Positions 1 through 13,903 of a stretch of DNA of 64,000 nt are shown one piece after another. A program made the translations under genes and the position numbers. The stretch is taken from NCBI GenBank assembly GCA_036172245.1, contig JAYWIR010000014.1:248001-312000 (forward strand), read 5' to 3'. Each line of letters opens with the position of its first letter. Position 1 is the first letter of the stretch. The stretch is from Raillietiella orientalis. Lineage: Eukaryota. Under the pieces are notes generated by a model. That model was not told the origin of the DNA. It saw only the letters and a program-made list of their open reading frames with translations, and did no database searches.

Positions 1-532
1 GACGTCCAGCTTTGGTTTTCGGCCCACTCCTCCCCGTCGGAACCAAGCCAAGCTGTTCGAAGAGAGACACGCTCTAGGAACAGCCTCAGGAAACGCCTCG
101 GGAGCTTCCGCCGCCGATCCTCTTGTTCTTCCCGCTTTCTGAAGCTCGTCTGTTCGATCGCTGGAGATCCCCATGTTGCCGGATAGGGTGTGAGTATGGA
201 CCCATGCCCATTCGCTCTTCGCATGACCGTGCGCTTTCCTCCTCTTGCACATGATTAATGGTTCTCCTCATCCCTTTTAATGCTGGTGTCAAGGAAAGAA
301 ATCCTGTTTGCAAAGCAACGAAGCCTCGAATAGAAGCAGGAATCTGTGGTTAGGAAGCAGCGGGGAAAGCCACAGAGAATCGTTCAAAGGCCAGATACGT
401 TTAAGAGCTCCGTGACACTGCAGCGCCACGAAAGCGCTGAGGAGCAGGGATGACGCAGAGAGGATGGGCAACGGTCTCATCGAAACAAACAAACATGGAA
501 AGAAAGTAACAATGCCAGCGGTGCTAACGAGA

Positions 533-550
533 ACACACACACACACACAC
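533..550. repeat. (AC)9 microsatellite
   Basis: Read directly. Confidence 0.95.
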
Positions 551-1034
551 CATACAATGTGAGGGATGATCTCTTAGAGACGGAACAGTTCAAGGCAGAT
601 TGCTTGCTCTGAATTCGAGCAGAAGCAAACCCATCTCTTGAAGAAATTACGAGGGCTTGCCTTCTATACGTGGGATAAAAATGCAGGGATGATTCCAGTC
701 TCAGAAGGCTCTACAGCGCTCAATGATTCCGAATGAAGACTCGAGGAACCTTTGGCATCTCGACAGGAACTCTGCAACTAGGGAGGATGCCCGCGGTGCA
801 ATCGAATGCACATCGCGGCCCATGCAGGTGTGGATTCAGATCCATACTGTGCACGTGCACGGGCAGGAAGAGACGAAAAATACTCCAATAGCTACACATA
901 AGTTTACGCTACATAAATGAATGAACAAATTATATCTGCATTTATTTACAAGAATGTGTGCCGAGCCTCAGCTATTCATGTGCTTCGTCTACTTTACACG
1001 CATGCGCGTACACAAAACAGTATGTAAAACCTGG

Positions 1035-1140
1035 ATTTATGTATATGCATGTATGTGGGATTGTCTACCTGCATATATATGTATATATATATGGAATATA
1101 TATACATATATATATTCGTTCCAAATATGTATATATATGG
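1035..1140. repeat. AT-rich low-complexity (TA/TG/CA) degenerate microsatellite
   Basis: gtatatgcatgtatg...atatatatgtatatatatatgg...; similar patches at ~13740-13900 and ~57530-57840. Confidence 0.85.
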
Positions 1141-4100
1141 AACGGCATCTCCAGATGAATTTACAAGTAAATAAGGAGCTGCATTTGCGCACACTTGTGT
1201 ACATGAACGTATACGGGGATGCATCTATGTAAACATGGCGTGTATATGTTCTCATGCCAGTCTGAACGCAAGCGCGTGTCCCAGTATTGCTGTCCTATGC
1301 TGTCTTTTATTTATTTGTACACTCATGCGTGCCTATCAAGGTAAGCTTCCTCTGCGCACGCGCAGCGGTGTGCTGTCGACACGACAGCCGGAGGACTCGT
1401 GTTGGCGGACACGCTTTCTGTGCTTTCACGCGGAGGCATTTCCCCACAGATCACGTGACTGTCGCGTTCACCCAGAGGGAAATCTCGATGTTAACCGACG
1501 CTGAAGAGGGTGGTCAAGAGAGAAGGGAGTTCCGAGGGCATCGCTCATACCAGGTGATCGCAAGGGGTGCAGGTTCGTCCCGGGTAGACAATCCCCCAGA
1601 TTAGTTTTCCGCTTTAGGCACAGCGCGAGTAAGCCCCGGGTGCCCCGACGTTTCTGGAGCGTGTCAGTGTGCGTGGGGAGGGCGAAAGGGACCCCCGAGG
1701 TAGTTCACTGGGCTGCCACTTCCTCAGTCAGTTCTGATTCTACTAGTCTTCTTTCTGGGTCCGTTTGCTGGGACTCTGAGTCCCTTCCATTCCTGTAAAA
1801 AAGGCAGCAGAAGCCCTTGAGGTCCGTGGGCCCGGTCCTCCTTCCACCCTCAGAGTGGTTCCAGCCCGAGGGCAGTCGACGTCACCTTTGACGATGTGTT
1901 GGGTGCTGCTCTCCCCTCTCCCCCCTTATTGATCTCCCCTGGAGCTCCCAAGACGCTCGTGCGCCACGGGGGATGTTCTAGGAAGAGCGGTCAAGAGGCC
2001 TTCTTTCGCCTCACGGCGCCGGAAGGGCTCAGAGGAGAGCAGTGGTGCCACAGGATCCCCGTAGAGAAAAAGTTCGAAGTCGGAGTGCTGCAGCTGGTGG
2101 AGGATCTCCCCGGGAGTTCCATTTCGAATGCCTCCGGAAGCTTCGTCGGCCTGCACCGAAGTCTGTGGCCGTTGCCCACAGAAGAGATGAAGTCTTCTTT
2201 CTTCCTCCCTTCCGGTTTCTCCTCGTCACCCCTTTCTCTTCTCTTACGCGAGGAGCGGCGGCAGTGCATGGTCCTTCTCAGGCGGGCGGAAGGGATTTCA
2301 GATAGAGCGGCGCGGGCATCACCCTTGGCAACGAATGCAAGTGTGCAGAAAGAGAGACGAGGGTGCTGGTGGCTCCTCCTTCTCCTTCCTGCTCTCCCAC
2401 GCGAATGGTGTGCACTTCTGACACCTCTTTTTCCTCCTTGTCTCCCCAGGATGATGATCTTTCCTCAAAGGATCTGCTGGTCGAAGAGACCCCACAAGAA
2501 GAGGGGGAGGACTGTACCTTTCAGGACGACGCTTCGCCGCTCCATGCCTTCCCTTTTTCGCTGATAAAGCACGGGACTCAAACTCCAGCGCGAGCCGAGC
2601 GACGCGTGGTACAGGGGGTCCCTGTCGGCAGGGCCTTGCCTATCCGGACAAAGGAGGGCATGATGGGAGGGAGCTTCGTTCTCTTGTGCCTCGGGTGCTC
2701 ACGCTGAGCGCTCCGATCCGGACGGGAGAAAAGGGCAAAACCCGCGGGGACCGTCAGTCCGCATGGCCTGCTCCTTCCTCCCCCTCTCGCGAGTCCTCAC
2801 AGAGTTCGACCTCGCAACGACGGCAGCAATCTAGGTGGGTGCAGCAGCATCAGGAGAGGGGAGAGGTCAAGCTGGGAGAAGTATAGCCGTGGTGACGGCG
2901 GAAGCTCAAGGGGGCTTTCACTTTTCCTCACTCACCCTTCTTCTGAGGAAAAGGAAGAATTCTCACCCCTCCCCAAAGCTCGCCTTTTTCATCTGCAGTC
3001 TCCCCGGCAACCGATGACGCGGTCAATGACGAGCGACAGGGGGAACTTTCTCCTTGTACATTTTCGGGAAGGGGGGCACCTCCCTTGGAACTTGTTCTGA
3101 GGCTACGTGACTCCACGCGAAAGGGAGCGAACGCCCGCCTTGAATCCTCTTCTCATGTCGTGCGAACCTGCCTGTGGAGCGGAGGGGTGGGTAGGAGTGG
3201 GAAGGAGGAACACAGAGGCCACGGGAAGAGAAGCGACGAAAGCCGTTCCCTCCATCGAAATTAAGGAAGGAGCAGGGTATCACACCCAACTAGAGGGTGG
3301 GGGAGGGGGGGGCGATTGGAGGCGACCGTCTCTCCTTCTGCCACTCAAAGGAGAACGGTGCCATTGGGTGCACGTGTAGAAACCGCAGCGCCGCAGTTCG
3401 CATGACGTCATCACTGACAGGTGAACTCGGAGCGTCCCTGCGTGCGCGCTCAGTCGGCGAAACGCACGCCGGAGGAGGAGGATGGTGCGAACGGAGCGTC
3501 GCCGGGTCCGCGCCCGCCTCGCGCGGGGATGAGCAGACCGGAGGTCGCGGGTGACCACCGCGTGCTGCTGCTGTTGCTGCTGCACCCTCCTTCCCGTGCA
3601 CGTGGAGCAGGCAGGTGAGCAGGGACGAACGGATGAGTGATGCTGCCAGCGGTTCGGGAGGAAGGGGAAAGTCCCGCAGCCCTCCGTTTGCCCCCTACCC
3701 TCTCGAGGCTCGATCTTTCCTCTGCGGCAGCACGCGCGCACTGGAGAGGTTGGGAGTGGAGGAAGGAAAGCCGCGTTTCCCTCGTCGTCGCTCCGGGATA
3801 CCGCGGCGTACTCGTAATGGTTCGTGGTCCGGAACCTCTGGAAATGCTGTCTCACTCTCCCTTTTCTTCCCTCGCGGGGTCCATCGGACCGCTACCAGAC
3901 CGGCGGAGGGCGCGCTCCTTGTTCAGAGAGCAGGGAGCAGTGCGAGGGGGCACGCGACGAAGAGGTGACTCGCCTCCTGCCGGGCCTTGTCAAGGGAAGA
4001 GGGTCCAGAACGTCCTCTCGGAGGGTTCCGGAGGACTCTTTTCCTGCCTTCGGCTTGGGCACCACTTCGTTCCTCCTCCGGCGCGCCCCTGAGGAATGCC

Positions 4101-7100
4101 GTTCTGCAGATCTTTCCCGCCGGACGGGCTCCCCTCGGCCGGCGGTCGCCCCCGTGTTGGTTTAAGGAATTCCGGGCGCGTCGCCGAGCTGATGGCGCTT
4201 CGCCCATTCGGGGGTGCAGGAGAGCAGCCGTAAATCAGCGGCAACCGCGACACGGCCGTAAATCTCCCGGGACCGCCTGAGGTCACCGCCCGGAAACGCG
4301 CCGTCTGCTGACAGGGCCCAAGGTCCGCCTTCCAGGAAGCTGTCCCTCCCAGAGATGACCCGGGGATGAGGAGCAGGGAACAAGAGGAAAGACTCACACG
4401 GACTCCTTAGGGGAGGAGAGGGGGAGAGGGAGAGATGGGCGACAGCAAGAAACGCCGTGGGGTGGGGATGCGAGACGAAGGGGCTGCGGGTGAGGGCGGA
4501 AGGGAAGACAGCCTACCTGGGATTTTCTACAGCATCGCCAAGGACGTCATGCCTTCTGCTTGACGAGTTGGAGGAGGGGGGTGGGGAGGGGAGCTTTCGC
4601 AAGAGGAACAGGAAGCAAAAGACGTGTGGTGGTCCAGGGGTGGGAGACGCTGAGGTTCTCGCATCTCTCGGAATAGAGCGCGCACCGCTCGCCGTGTGCT
4701 TCCGCCCTTCCCTCGCGGGAGGTGGAAAGCTCCCTTTTGCACGCGATGGTTTTGAGCACGGGTGAGGCATTGAGACTTGGGGGCAAAGATCGGCTTCGGC
4801 CGCCTGCATGGCCGGTTCCCGGGAGAGGAAGGGACGAAAGAAACGTGCGGGACGTGCTTCCTCTTCCGCCCGGACAGGAGAGGCCAGTAAGGAAGAGGAC
4901 AGAGTGGATGGTGATGGCAGTGTGGAAGGATACCAGAAACTCGGGGTGGCCCGAGGTACCGGCCTTGGGGGTTGAGCAGCACCTTCCTGAAGATCGCCGG
5001 GATAGCGAAGGAAACGCTAGGTGGAGCGCTCGTGCTGTGACAGAGTCGTTGCTCGGCAGACGAACGGCACGGAGGGAGAAGCAAGGTACACGAAGAGGAA
5101 GAAAGAGAAGAACAGGGTCCAGAGTTCTCGTGAACCATCCGTTCGAGGAGGATGCGTTATTTGGGTGATCCTTGCGAAGAGCTGATGGTGGACCAACGTA
5201 AAGCCCCAACGTAAAGAGGTTCGGAGAGGCTCGCGGCAACTCCGTCCCGCGACTACCAGTCTCAATGAGACGTCAGCTGTAAGATCGCCCGTTCATCAGA
5301 AGTATCCCTGTACGAGAAAGAGGAAGAAGCGACGACATCAATGGAGACGAAATTTCGGGTATCTCTACCGTTAAGACTTCTGTCCTCCCTAAGACGTCTT
5401 CGCGATGATCCAAGGATGCCGGAGGAAAGAGAGCATGTGCAAACGAACCAGTGGAATTACACCGTCTCATTTCATTGGATCCCTTGGGTGGTATAACGTC
5501 TTTTGCTCGCTCTCGTCTGTTTCGGGGGCTCGCTAGGCGGTGCCACGGAAAGAGGAAGACGCCTCCATGGTCTGTGTGTCTCCGAGCATTGATCCATGAA
5601 CCGAGGCTGTTCCAGACTCCTCAGCAAGCAGGAGCGGAAAGATGAGGGGAAAAGGGGGTAGGTAGAAGAAGGATTCGGAGACGGCCGTCACTAGATGAAC
5701 ACACTAGCGCCAGAGAGCCAAGGGGCCGGAGGAGGAAGATGAAAAGGAGTTTATGCGCGCGTTCCTCTTCCGGAACGCCCCTGGGGGGACTGTCTGTCTC
5801 CCCTTGAGCTGCTTTGAGGGTCTGCGGCGACGTTGTTGGTTATTTTGGGCGATGGGCGAAAGAAGTTTGCAAGGGGAGCGACGTCGTCGATCGCAGCAAC
5901 TGAAGATACATGTGCGTTCCTCGAGGCACAGGCAAACTGGAAAGAGATCGGAAAATTTTTGTGGTGACTACAGCATATCCGGAGGACGTCTCGGAGCTTC
6001 AGTGGTCGTCGCGATCCTTGGAGTCCGCAGCTGCTGTCGCCCATTCTTTGCCCCGTAGAGAGCGCGGAGCTCCCTGAAGCAAGAAAGGGATTTGGAGCCG
6101 GGAAGCAGCCTGCGAGGGAGATCTACCAAGTCTTTTCGGGAAAAGGAAGCCCCGGGGGAGAGTCGTTATGATCAGTGACTCCTGTCCTCCTTTCTCGGAT
6201 CCAAGTGCCTCCGCGGTCCAGCTGACCAGTTTCCCTTTCGTGGTTTCTTGGGGCACTGTTGGACCCACTCACTTGCTCTCATGCCTGCCGCCACGAGAAG
6301 ATCAGTTTCCTGGCAACTCTCCTCCCTGTTCCGAGGCTGCTACCGAGAGAAGAGTCTAAGGGTTGCCTTCCATTTCCTTCAACTCGTTCCGTCGCTGTGA
6401 TCGCAGGAGCAAGGGTTAAGAGAAGGCAGGGGAATGGGACGCGGGCGCCCTCTTCGCCTGCCTCCTTGTGGGATGAACTGACCTGTGGAGTGATCTCTAA
6501 GCGTGCTCGAAGGAGGAAGGGGGATGAGTCCCCTGTCCCCTACTCTGCAGGACAAACCCTGGGATGCCCTTCTTCCGTGTGATTCTCGCTACCACCAGCG
6601 CGCGATCCCAGGGCCGTGAGAGTGCTCGCTTTGCCTGCAGTCACCTGGATCTTCCTCTCTACCCGTCGAGCTGCAGCAAAGCAGCTCGGTGGTGGATTCT
6701 TCCTGGAGCAGCAGCATTGCAGATCCCTTTCCTCGATCCTCAGCAATCATTCATTCCCTAAGGAATGAATCCCCCGTGGCGCTCCGTGACCTATAGAAGG
6801 CCGTCCTTTTCATCTCTTTATGACCTTCTCAGTCGACTTTGAGGAACAACCGAGGTGAGACGTCCAGAGGGAGGGGTTTTTTGACCACCGCCATCATCCC
6901 TCGGCGTGCGCCTAAGGTGAGACCTCGCGGAGGCTCGCGAACGCTGCCGCCCCTTGCTCCGTAGATTTCCGCTCGCCTCAGCGGAGACCGCCGCTCCGTC
7001 CGGGAACCGGCGGCGGTTCACATGATCACCTCCGGAGCCTGTAATCAGCTGGCATCCCGGAAACCCATTCTTCGAGAGCGATTAGGGCGTCCTCCTCCAC

Positions 7101-8520
7101 CTCTCCTCACCCTCCTCCTTTGCCGAAGAGGAAAGGAAGGAACGCGTGCTTGACCCTGGGGGAAAATCGCAGTGACCCCTGCGACTCGAACGAAACGCAG
7201 GCTTTTCCTTCATCCTCCCCAATCCTTTTCTTACCCCTTTCCCTGGAGGGAAAGGAGGTTACTCCCGGGTGAAGAGGAGGCTCTTCGTCGAGCAGCAAGG
7301 CGTTCCCATTGAGTCCGGGATCCATAGGGCTCGTTTCCCGATGAGTTATGGACGGGAGGCTTGCACGCGTCCTTGGAGGCAGCCGTGCTCGCTATTTATA
7401 AACCGCGAAGAGTCCTGTTTCCTAGGCAGCGCACTGTCACGGCCCCGCAGGTAACCATCTATTATGCCAGCATCGCTATGAGTGGGAGAGCGGTCCAGAG
7501 CTCACCTCTCGCCTTCGGATTCCGTCCAATTAGGGGGAAGAAAAGATTTTTCAGATTGCCATCTGCATCCCGTCGCCTAGGAACGAAGGCGGATGGATGG
7601 CTGCGGATGGAGCGGGAGAGGGGATCTGCGGCAGCGCAGCGATCGCAAAAGCGCTCTTGGGCGGCTTTTACTACGCCAGTCCACCAAAAAAGAGGGTCAA
7701 CCATGGAGTTTCTCCTTCTCTCACTTCCCCTCCACCCTGTAAGAGTGCTCCCCTTGCGTCCGAGGCCGCTTCTACAACCATGCGTCACCATGCAGGCAGG
7801 AATGTGTTGCAGCGACGGTTCATCCGAGAAAGAGCTGCAGGACGGGTTTCTCTTTCTGGTGACGAGTAAAGGAGGCTACGGGTGCGTGTGGGGCTCCGAG
7901 AGAAAGCACCCTCTCTCGATGAGTTTCACCTAGTGTTGCTTCTGGGCAGCTGCTGCTCCCCGGAGGGTTTCCCGAGAAGTCCCCAGCGCCTTGTCCCGTC
8001 ACTGAGGGAGAAGATCGCGTTTCCATAGTCGCAGCTTTACTCACGGGAGGGACCCAAGGAAAACAAAGAGGAAGAGGAGCAAAACCAGGCGTTCGTGGCC
8101 TCTGCCCGACCTCAAGACCACTCGGGGGAGCGACCCACGAGATGTGCATCTCCCCGAGGGATATTTTTCCCGCCGCCTTTTCTCGGCGCTCTTCGTATGC
8201 CAGCTGCTTCGGTCGTACCTTTCTCCGTCCCCTTCCCCCTCTACTCGAGCCTTTCCTCCTCCACCTCCATCCTCGGGTGCCTTTTGCCAGCGCAGCTTTG
8301 CGGCGGCGGCGCGTCTGGGTGCCCAAAGAGTCCGTCGATGATGCTCCATGGAAATGATGATGGATCGCCCGATGGATCACCTACCTCGACAAGCGAGTGG
8401 GGGCCACCGGACGTCGCGCTCAAAGGACCGACCAACGGCTGCTTGTGCCGGCCGGTGTGCCTCTTCTCGGTCTACCTTTCGTTTCCTGTCTGCGAAACGG
8501 GTCCGAGAACGGGCTTGTGT

Positions 8521-8586
8521 GAAAGGGGAGAAGGGAAGGAAGAAAAGGGAAGGGAGAGAGAAAGGGAGAGAGGGAGAAGGAGGAAG
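8521..8586 (+). repeat. 66-nt pure purine (GA) tract
   Basis: No pyrimidine from 8521 to 8586. Confidence 0.9.
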
Positions 8587-9283
8587 CCGGCGGGCGCACA
8601 AAAGCGCAACTCAGCGTCGCAGGCACCAAAGTCGTTCTCACCTCGCCACCTCCTCCACCGCCTCTTTTTTCCACTTTCTCCCTCCTTCTCCGACCATAAG
8701 ATGCCGGCACGCTCGAGGGACGCTCTCCCGAGCGACCAGGAGAAGGAGAATTCACACCCTCTCCCTCTTCCTTCCTCTCCAGGCGTAGAGCGTGGAGCGC
8801 CATCTTTGAGAGACTTGCTTTCCTTTCCGCGCAGGGGCGGGGCTGGCGCCGGAGAAAGCCGCCGGGGTTGCAAATGGAAGAGGAGGTGGAGCAAGGGTAT
8901 CGCGAGCTCCTGGCTCACCTTGCCGCATCGCAGGACGCTCCAGGTCTCATTTTTCGACGGTTCAGGGAAGATCTCGGAATTCCTGAAGATGCGAGATAAG
9001 ATCTCAGCTTTTGCCTCCTGCCATCTGGTGCTCGGAGGCGACCCAGGGACCCGAAGAGAGGGGAGGGAGAGAGAGTGGAAAGTCTGATGGTGCGAGTTAC
9101 CCTCGGCGTGAACGGACTATAAGGGTCTTCTGACGTGAAGGAAGATCTATCCCTCTTTTGGTGAGGGCTCTCTGTCTTAAACTAAAAAGACGGAAGGAAG
9201 GGAAAGTGTTGCTTCGAAGAGCCAGAAGGAGTTCTCTTCGGGTCTTCCGAAGGGGGAAAGAATGGGGTGTGGGAGCTCCTCCG

Positions 9284-9700
9284 ATGTATCTTTGGAGCAT
9301 GCAGACGGGCGGTGCTCTCCTCTCGGTTTTCCTTCTCTGCCGGCGGGATAACCGAAAATGGACGAAGCTTCTCCTCTTCCCTCCACCTCTCCCTTTCCAC
9401 ACGTCCCCCACCTTCCCTTCTCAGCTTTCGAGGAGAGAGGGTCCCCCTGCTCAGCTCCCGACGGTGATGGATGTCTGGGGAGCAGTGACACGTGTGGCTC
9501 GTTATGCGACCGGCAAAGGGGAGCAGGGCGCACCAACCCAGCGCGCGCACGTCGCTTTCCCCAATCCCTTCTCCCCGCGACTCTTTCTCGCTTTCGCGGG
9601 TGGCGCACCCTGCACACCTGGAAGTGGCGGGCAGCGGCTCAACCAGCTCCGCGAGGGCGCTGGCATGCTGGTTCCTTGGTCAGCTGGGAAGAGGGCATCC
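9284..9700 (+). mobile_element. Possible decayed non-LTR RT fragment inside ORF 9158-10036
   Basis: YLWSMQTGGALLSVF..DNRK, PNPFSPRLFLAF and QRLNQL..LVPWS occur in the order expected for RT subdomains 3, 4 and 6. The catalytic ADD motif is absent. Confidence 0.3.
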
Positions 9701-12029
9701 ATCGTAATTGTTTCCCTGATCCTCTCCAGCCTGCGATCCCCCATCCTCCCTTCTCTTCACCTTTTCTCCCCTCTCCTCGATGCCCCACAGACGGCGGATC
9801 ACGGGCTCTGCGGCCTTTCCCGTGCGGCGGCGAAAGGGTGGATCTCCGACCCACGTCCGGAAGAGCGAAGGGGGGAAAATCCAAGGCGCGTACGCGGCCA
9901 CTGTGCGGAGGGGAAGGGGAGCAATGGTTTTCTGCGGGGAGACCTTCTCGCTGAAGCAGTGGGTCGCTGCTATCTTAGTGCGCTTGTGGACTCGGACTCG
10001 AATGCCGGAGGCCGTCCATGTGAAACCCCCTGGTAGACGTCTCAAAGGAAGGGGAGGGGGACGCTAAAAGTCTCGAAATCACGGAGAAGCGTTTTCCTAC
10101 GCCCAGCAGCGGAAGAGATTCCCCTGTTCAGTAAGAGAGACAGCCGTAGAAGAGCCTCTGAAACAAGACCCAAAGAAACGCCTTCCCGGAAGCTGCCTTG
10201 CGGAAGGGAAAGCACCGTACAGGAATACTTGCCACCCTTCTCCTCCATTGTCCCGTTTCTCCTCCTCTGCAGAAGCGCTCCTTTTGAGAGGCATCGCCGC
10301 TCTTTCTCTCCGAGCGGCCAGGAGGTCCCTCCAGGTGTCGAGGAGGCTGAGCAGTGGACACAGGAAGGAAGAAGGGACAGAGAGACTCACGGAAAACCCT
10401 CTTTGGGAGAGCGACGCCGGTAGCGGACGCTGCCGGACTGGAGACGGTGCCTCTCACGCGCCCCTACGCCTGCGGAAGCGCTCCACAGCGGTCCGCGTTC
10501 CCATGCCTGTGAGGTGATGGCCGGATAGCCTCGGGCGTCCGGCCCCGGTCCGGCGCGATTTACAGCTTTGCCTTCTCTCCCCTTTGATAACTGGAAGAAT
10601 CCCCGCTGAGATTCGCCCTCAGACGACGCTCTTGTCGGGCTGGCAGGCCGAAAGCCTGCCGTACTCCCGCTGTCGGCAAGAGGAAAAGCGGTAGGGGAAG
10701 ATGGAGCATTCCCTGGAACTCGATAGAGCCGAGTGGCGTGGATTCCTCGCTGACAGACGACATTGGGGGGTGTTTCCGCTAGACTCGTCGCGGAATGGTA
10801 TGCAGACTTGGGGGCAGAGCCAAACCCCGGCGAAGATCCCCAGCTTCCCGGCCGATGGTGGGTCTGAATTGGGTGGGCGCACTGAGGGAACGCCCAGACG
10901 CCGATATGGTCCAGTCGAGAAGGACGGGGTGGATGGATGAACTTTGCAAGCACTTTGCGACGGACACACTGGCGCTCTGCTACTCGGTCCGGAGGGGGTT
11001 CCCGATACTGCGCAGCCCACTTTAGAGCCTTCGTGTGGGTGTATGGCCCTCTCCGCACGGTTTTTTTCGGAGTGCCTGCTCGAACGGACGCCCACGAGAT
11101 GCCCACGCGTATTCCTTCCAAGCATAAGAGAGCGAGTGGCGCGCCCACGAAGAGGCATGGACATGCTCGCATCTCCTGCCTGAGGTCCACGTGAGATGTC
11201 ATCCGCAGCTTCCGTTTCTGGTGCCGCTCACAGGAGATGGCGCTCCTTGGAATGGGTTCTCCTGTTCTGTCCCCCTATCGAGGCTTGGTCCATCTCCTCT
11301 ATCTCGGGGAGGGAGGGAATGAATGGTAATGGTGTGGGGTGGCTTTTACTGCGCTGGTTTCCTCCTTCTTCCTCTCGATCGCTCCTCCTTGTGGCCCTCC
11401 ACCGGAGATTTATAGCATGGTGTTTCTCATCTCCGAGATGGCTATCGAAACAGAACGACAAATTGCTTTTTCGGGATGCTCTGCGGGCGCTGACGACGTC
11501 GGTGGGGACCAAGCGAGCGAGGAGATGCCCTGCTCTCCTTCCCCGCAGAACATCGGGTCGGGGGGGGGGGGGGAACGTTGCTGCCTCCCGGACGCGACTC
11601 CAGGTTGGCTCAATGGCGCTCCTTCGCCTACTCGGCGCGGCTGGATTTTCCGAGGGCCCTCGCCAGCCGGCGGCAAAGCTCGTGCAGAGAGAGGCAGGCC
11701 GCGTGACAGGCGAGTTGCATGGACAGTCGCACTTGTGGCACGTTGCACCTGAGAAGGGGCGCATTTTGTACACCTAATGTGCACGACGAGCAGCTTCGTG
11801 ACCGCTTCGCGTGCCAACGCTTCTCACGAGAGTTTTCTCACGAGTTTCATTCTGCAGCTTTTTATTTTATTTTATTTTCATTTTGTTTTACTCCCTCCCT
11901 TCTTTTCCTCCCCCTCTTCCATCTTTAAATCGACTTCGCAGACCTTGAGGACCGCTCGAACTTCCGTAACTATGCGACCGCAGCGATCAGATTGGACGAG
12001 AGTGGTGATTACATGGCTCCCCCCCCCCC

Positions 12030-12225
12030 ACTTCGCTTTTCGAAGCTTCAAACTGTCTCCAAGTATCGAAAGATTTACTGCGAGGCTGTGGGTGCAGAAG
12101 TGGGCTCCAAATTAATGCGACTCATTGAAGACACTTCTGACCTACTGAAAAGGCCAGTTCTGGTCGGATGCTCAGGGTGAGATGGGGTCTCCTTGGCGCC
12201 CTTTGTTCGCGCTCCAGGTCGATCT
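12030..12225 (+). mobile_element. Decayed RT fragment, subdomains 3-4
   Basis: FSKLQTVS...VGSKLMRLIE...VLVG (cf. DFSKAFDTVS..GKLLRLIE..V.VG), followed after a frameshift by QGEMGSPWRPLFALQVD (cf. QGSPLSPLLFALYID). Confidence 0.35.
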
Positions 12226-13903
12226 CGAAATCCATGGATCCGAAGGCTGCGGATTCTGCCCTTCTTGTTCCGTATTCCCTCCTTATGGACGAGAGCGGAA
12301 AGCATCCCGTGCTCCTGGAGTAGCAGGTCCGGTAGTGTTTGGAAAAACCACTGGATTGGGAAGTTTCTGGGATTCGTTTCGGAAAGAAGGGGGTGGAGGT
12401 GGGGCGGTGGTCACACCGAAGCCGGGTGTTTCGTTCAGTAGCGTTCCCATAAGGGAAAGACGACTTTAAAACGGTGGCGCGGTCGTTCAGCAACGCATCT
12501 CGGAGCTCCCGCTCTTGTGGTGGAGCGCTTAGCACCTGCCTTTGCTTTCTTCGAGTAGAAGGGTCGAGTCCAGCATCTCCCGATGAGGATTTCCTTCGGA
12601 AAGTGGACCCGGACATCTCGGAGAGTTCGAGTGCTCCAGACGTTCGTTATTCGTTCGCAGGAGGCGCGGCCATCCCGACCGGAATGGCCACCTCGGGTAC
12701 GTCACCGAGGAGCAATGCTTTCTGGAGAAGTCTCCCTTCCCCCTCCCACTTCCGCTGACGGCAAGAGACACTCAAAGACATTCTGGGGATTCGCCTACTG
12801 ATAGGCACGTCGAGGAAGAGCCCGAGGTGTTCTTTTAGGACAGCCGGCTCAAACCCTCTATGGCACTCGCGAACGTATTCCAGGAAAAAAGGACAAGACA
12901 AGAATGCATGGCTGAATGGGAGGGCGATAGATGGGCAGAGCTACAGACGCAGCATCGAAAGAGACTGTGGAGTGCACGGAGAAAAACAAGCATGGTCGAG
13001 GGTAAGTGCACCATTTGAGGGGGACAAAGAACAGAGGCAGCTGAAGGCAGGTCGGGAAGTCTGTTCCTCCTGTTCAGCCCAGGGGACGGACGGAAGGAAA
13101 ATGCTGGAGCTGGGATGGGAAGAAAATCGGATTGGGGGATATCAAGAGATGCAGCAGTCGGAAAATTTCGGTATCCGTGCGTGCCCGACGTCTCTTACGA
13201 TGAGGCATCAGTGGCGCACGGATACCGAAATTTTCCTCTTACCATGAGGAGACGAGTGTACGCGTGCGTGTACGCATATACACACGTAAAGTTTGCGTAC
13301 GTGTACATGGGAAATCCCCGAAACCTTGCGAATTCTCGACAAGTCAGCGAGAGACATACGAACTCTTCCGGTGCTCGTCGGATCTCGCGAGGAATTTGTT
13401 GACCTCTCTCCTCATGATGACCTCAAGCGTTTTCTGTCGAGTCCGGGACTTTCGACAGCGAGCACCGCTGCTGCCGCCCCCGAAGAACAGCGGAGGTCGC
13501 GCGCGCTGGGATCTTCGGGATGCCGCACAGGAGAAGTGCGTCTCTCCTTTCTGGCTGAAGATCTGGTTTCGCATTTTGAAGGATTCGAGCGAAGGAAATG
13601 TAGGGGAGACATCTCTGCTGTTTGCTTGACCTGACTCGATTCGCAGTCTCCGTTGGCGACGGATGTTTCAGCGCGGAGGTGTTCTTTGCCGTTACCGACC
13701 GAAATCCTGAAAGATCCTAAAAGATAAACACATGCTTATTCTATACAGATTCATAATACACAAACAGATTAATATATGTTAATATATATTCTCATTTATT
13801 AACATGCATATGTTAATCTTTATATAAATATATATGTGAATACATATAATGAGCTCATATATTTATTTTTTATAATCTTCCATATGTGCATATCAGCAAT
13901 ATA

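Noticed and set aside
921..1255. Tyr/Ile-rich ORFs
   Set aside because: Translations of an AT-rich degenerate microsatellite.
8095..9087. 330-aa ORF
   Set aside because: Low-complexity translation of GA/CT tracts in GC-rich DNA; overlapped by similar ORFs in several other frames; no domain.
10387..11777. 271-, 193- and 181-aa ORFs
   Set aside because: Arg/Pro/Ser-rich, mutually overlapping, no recognisable family; typical GC-rich noise.
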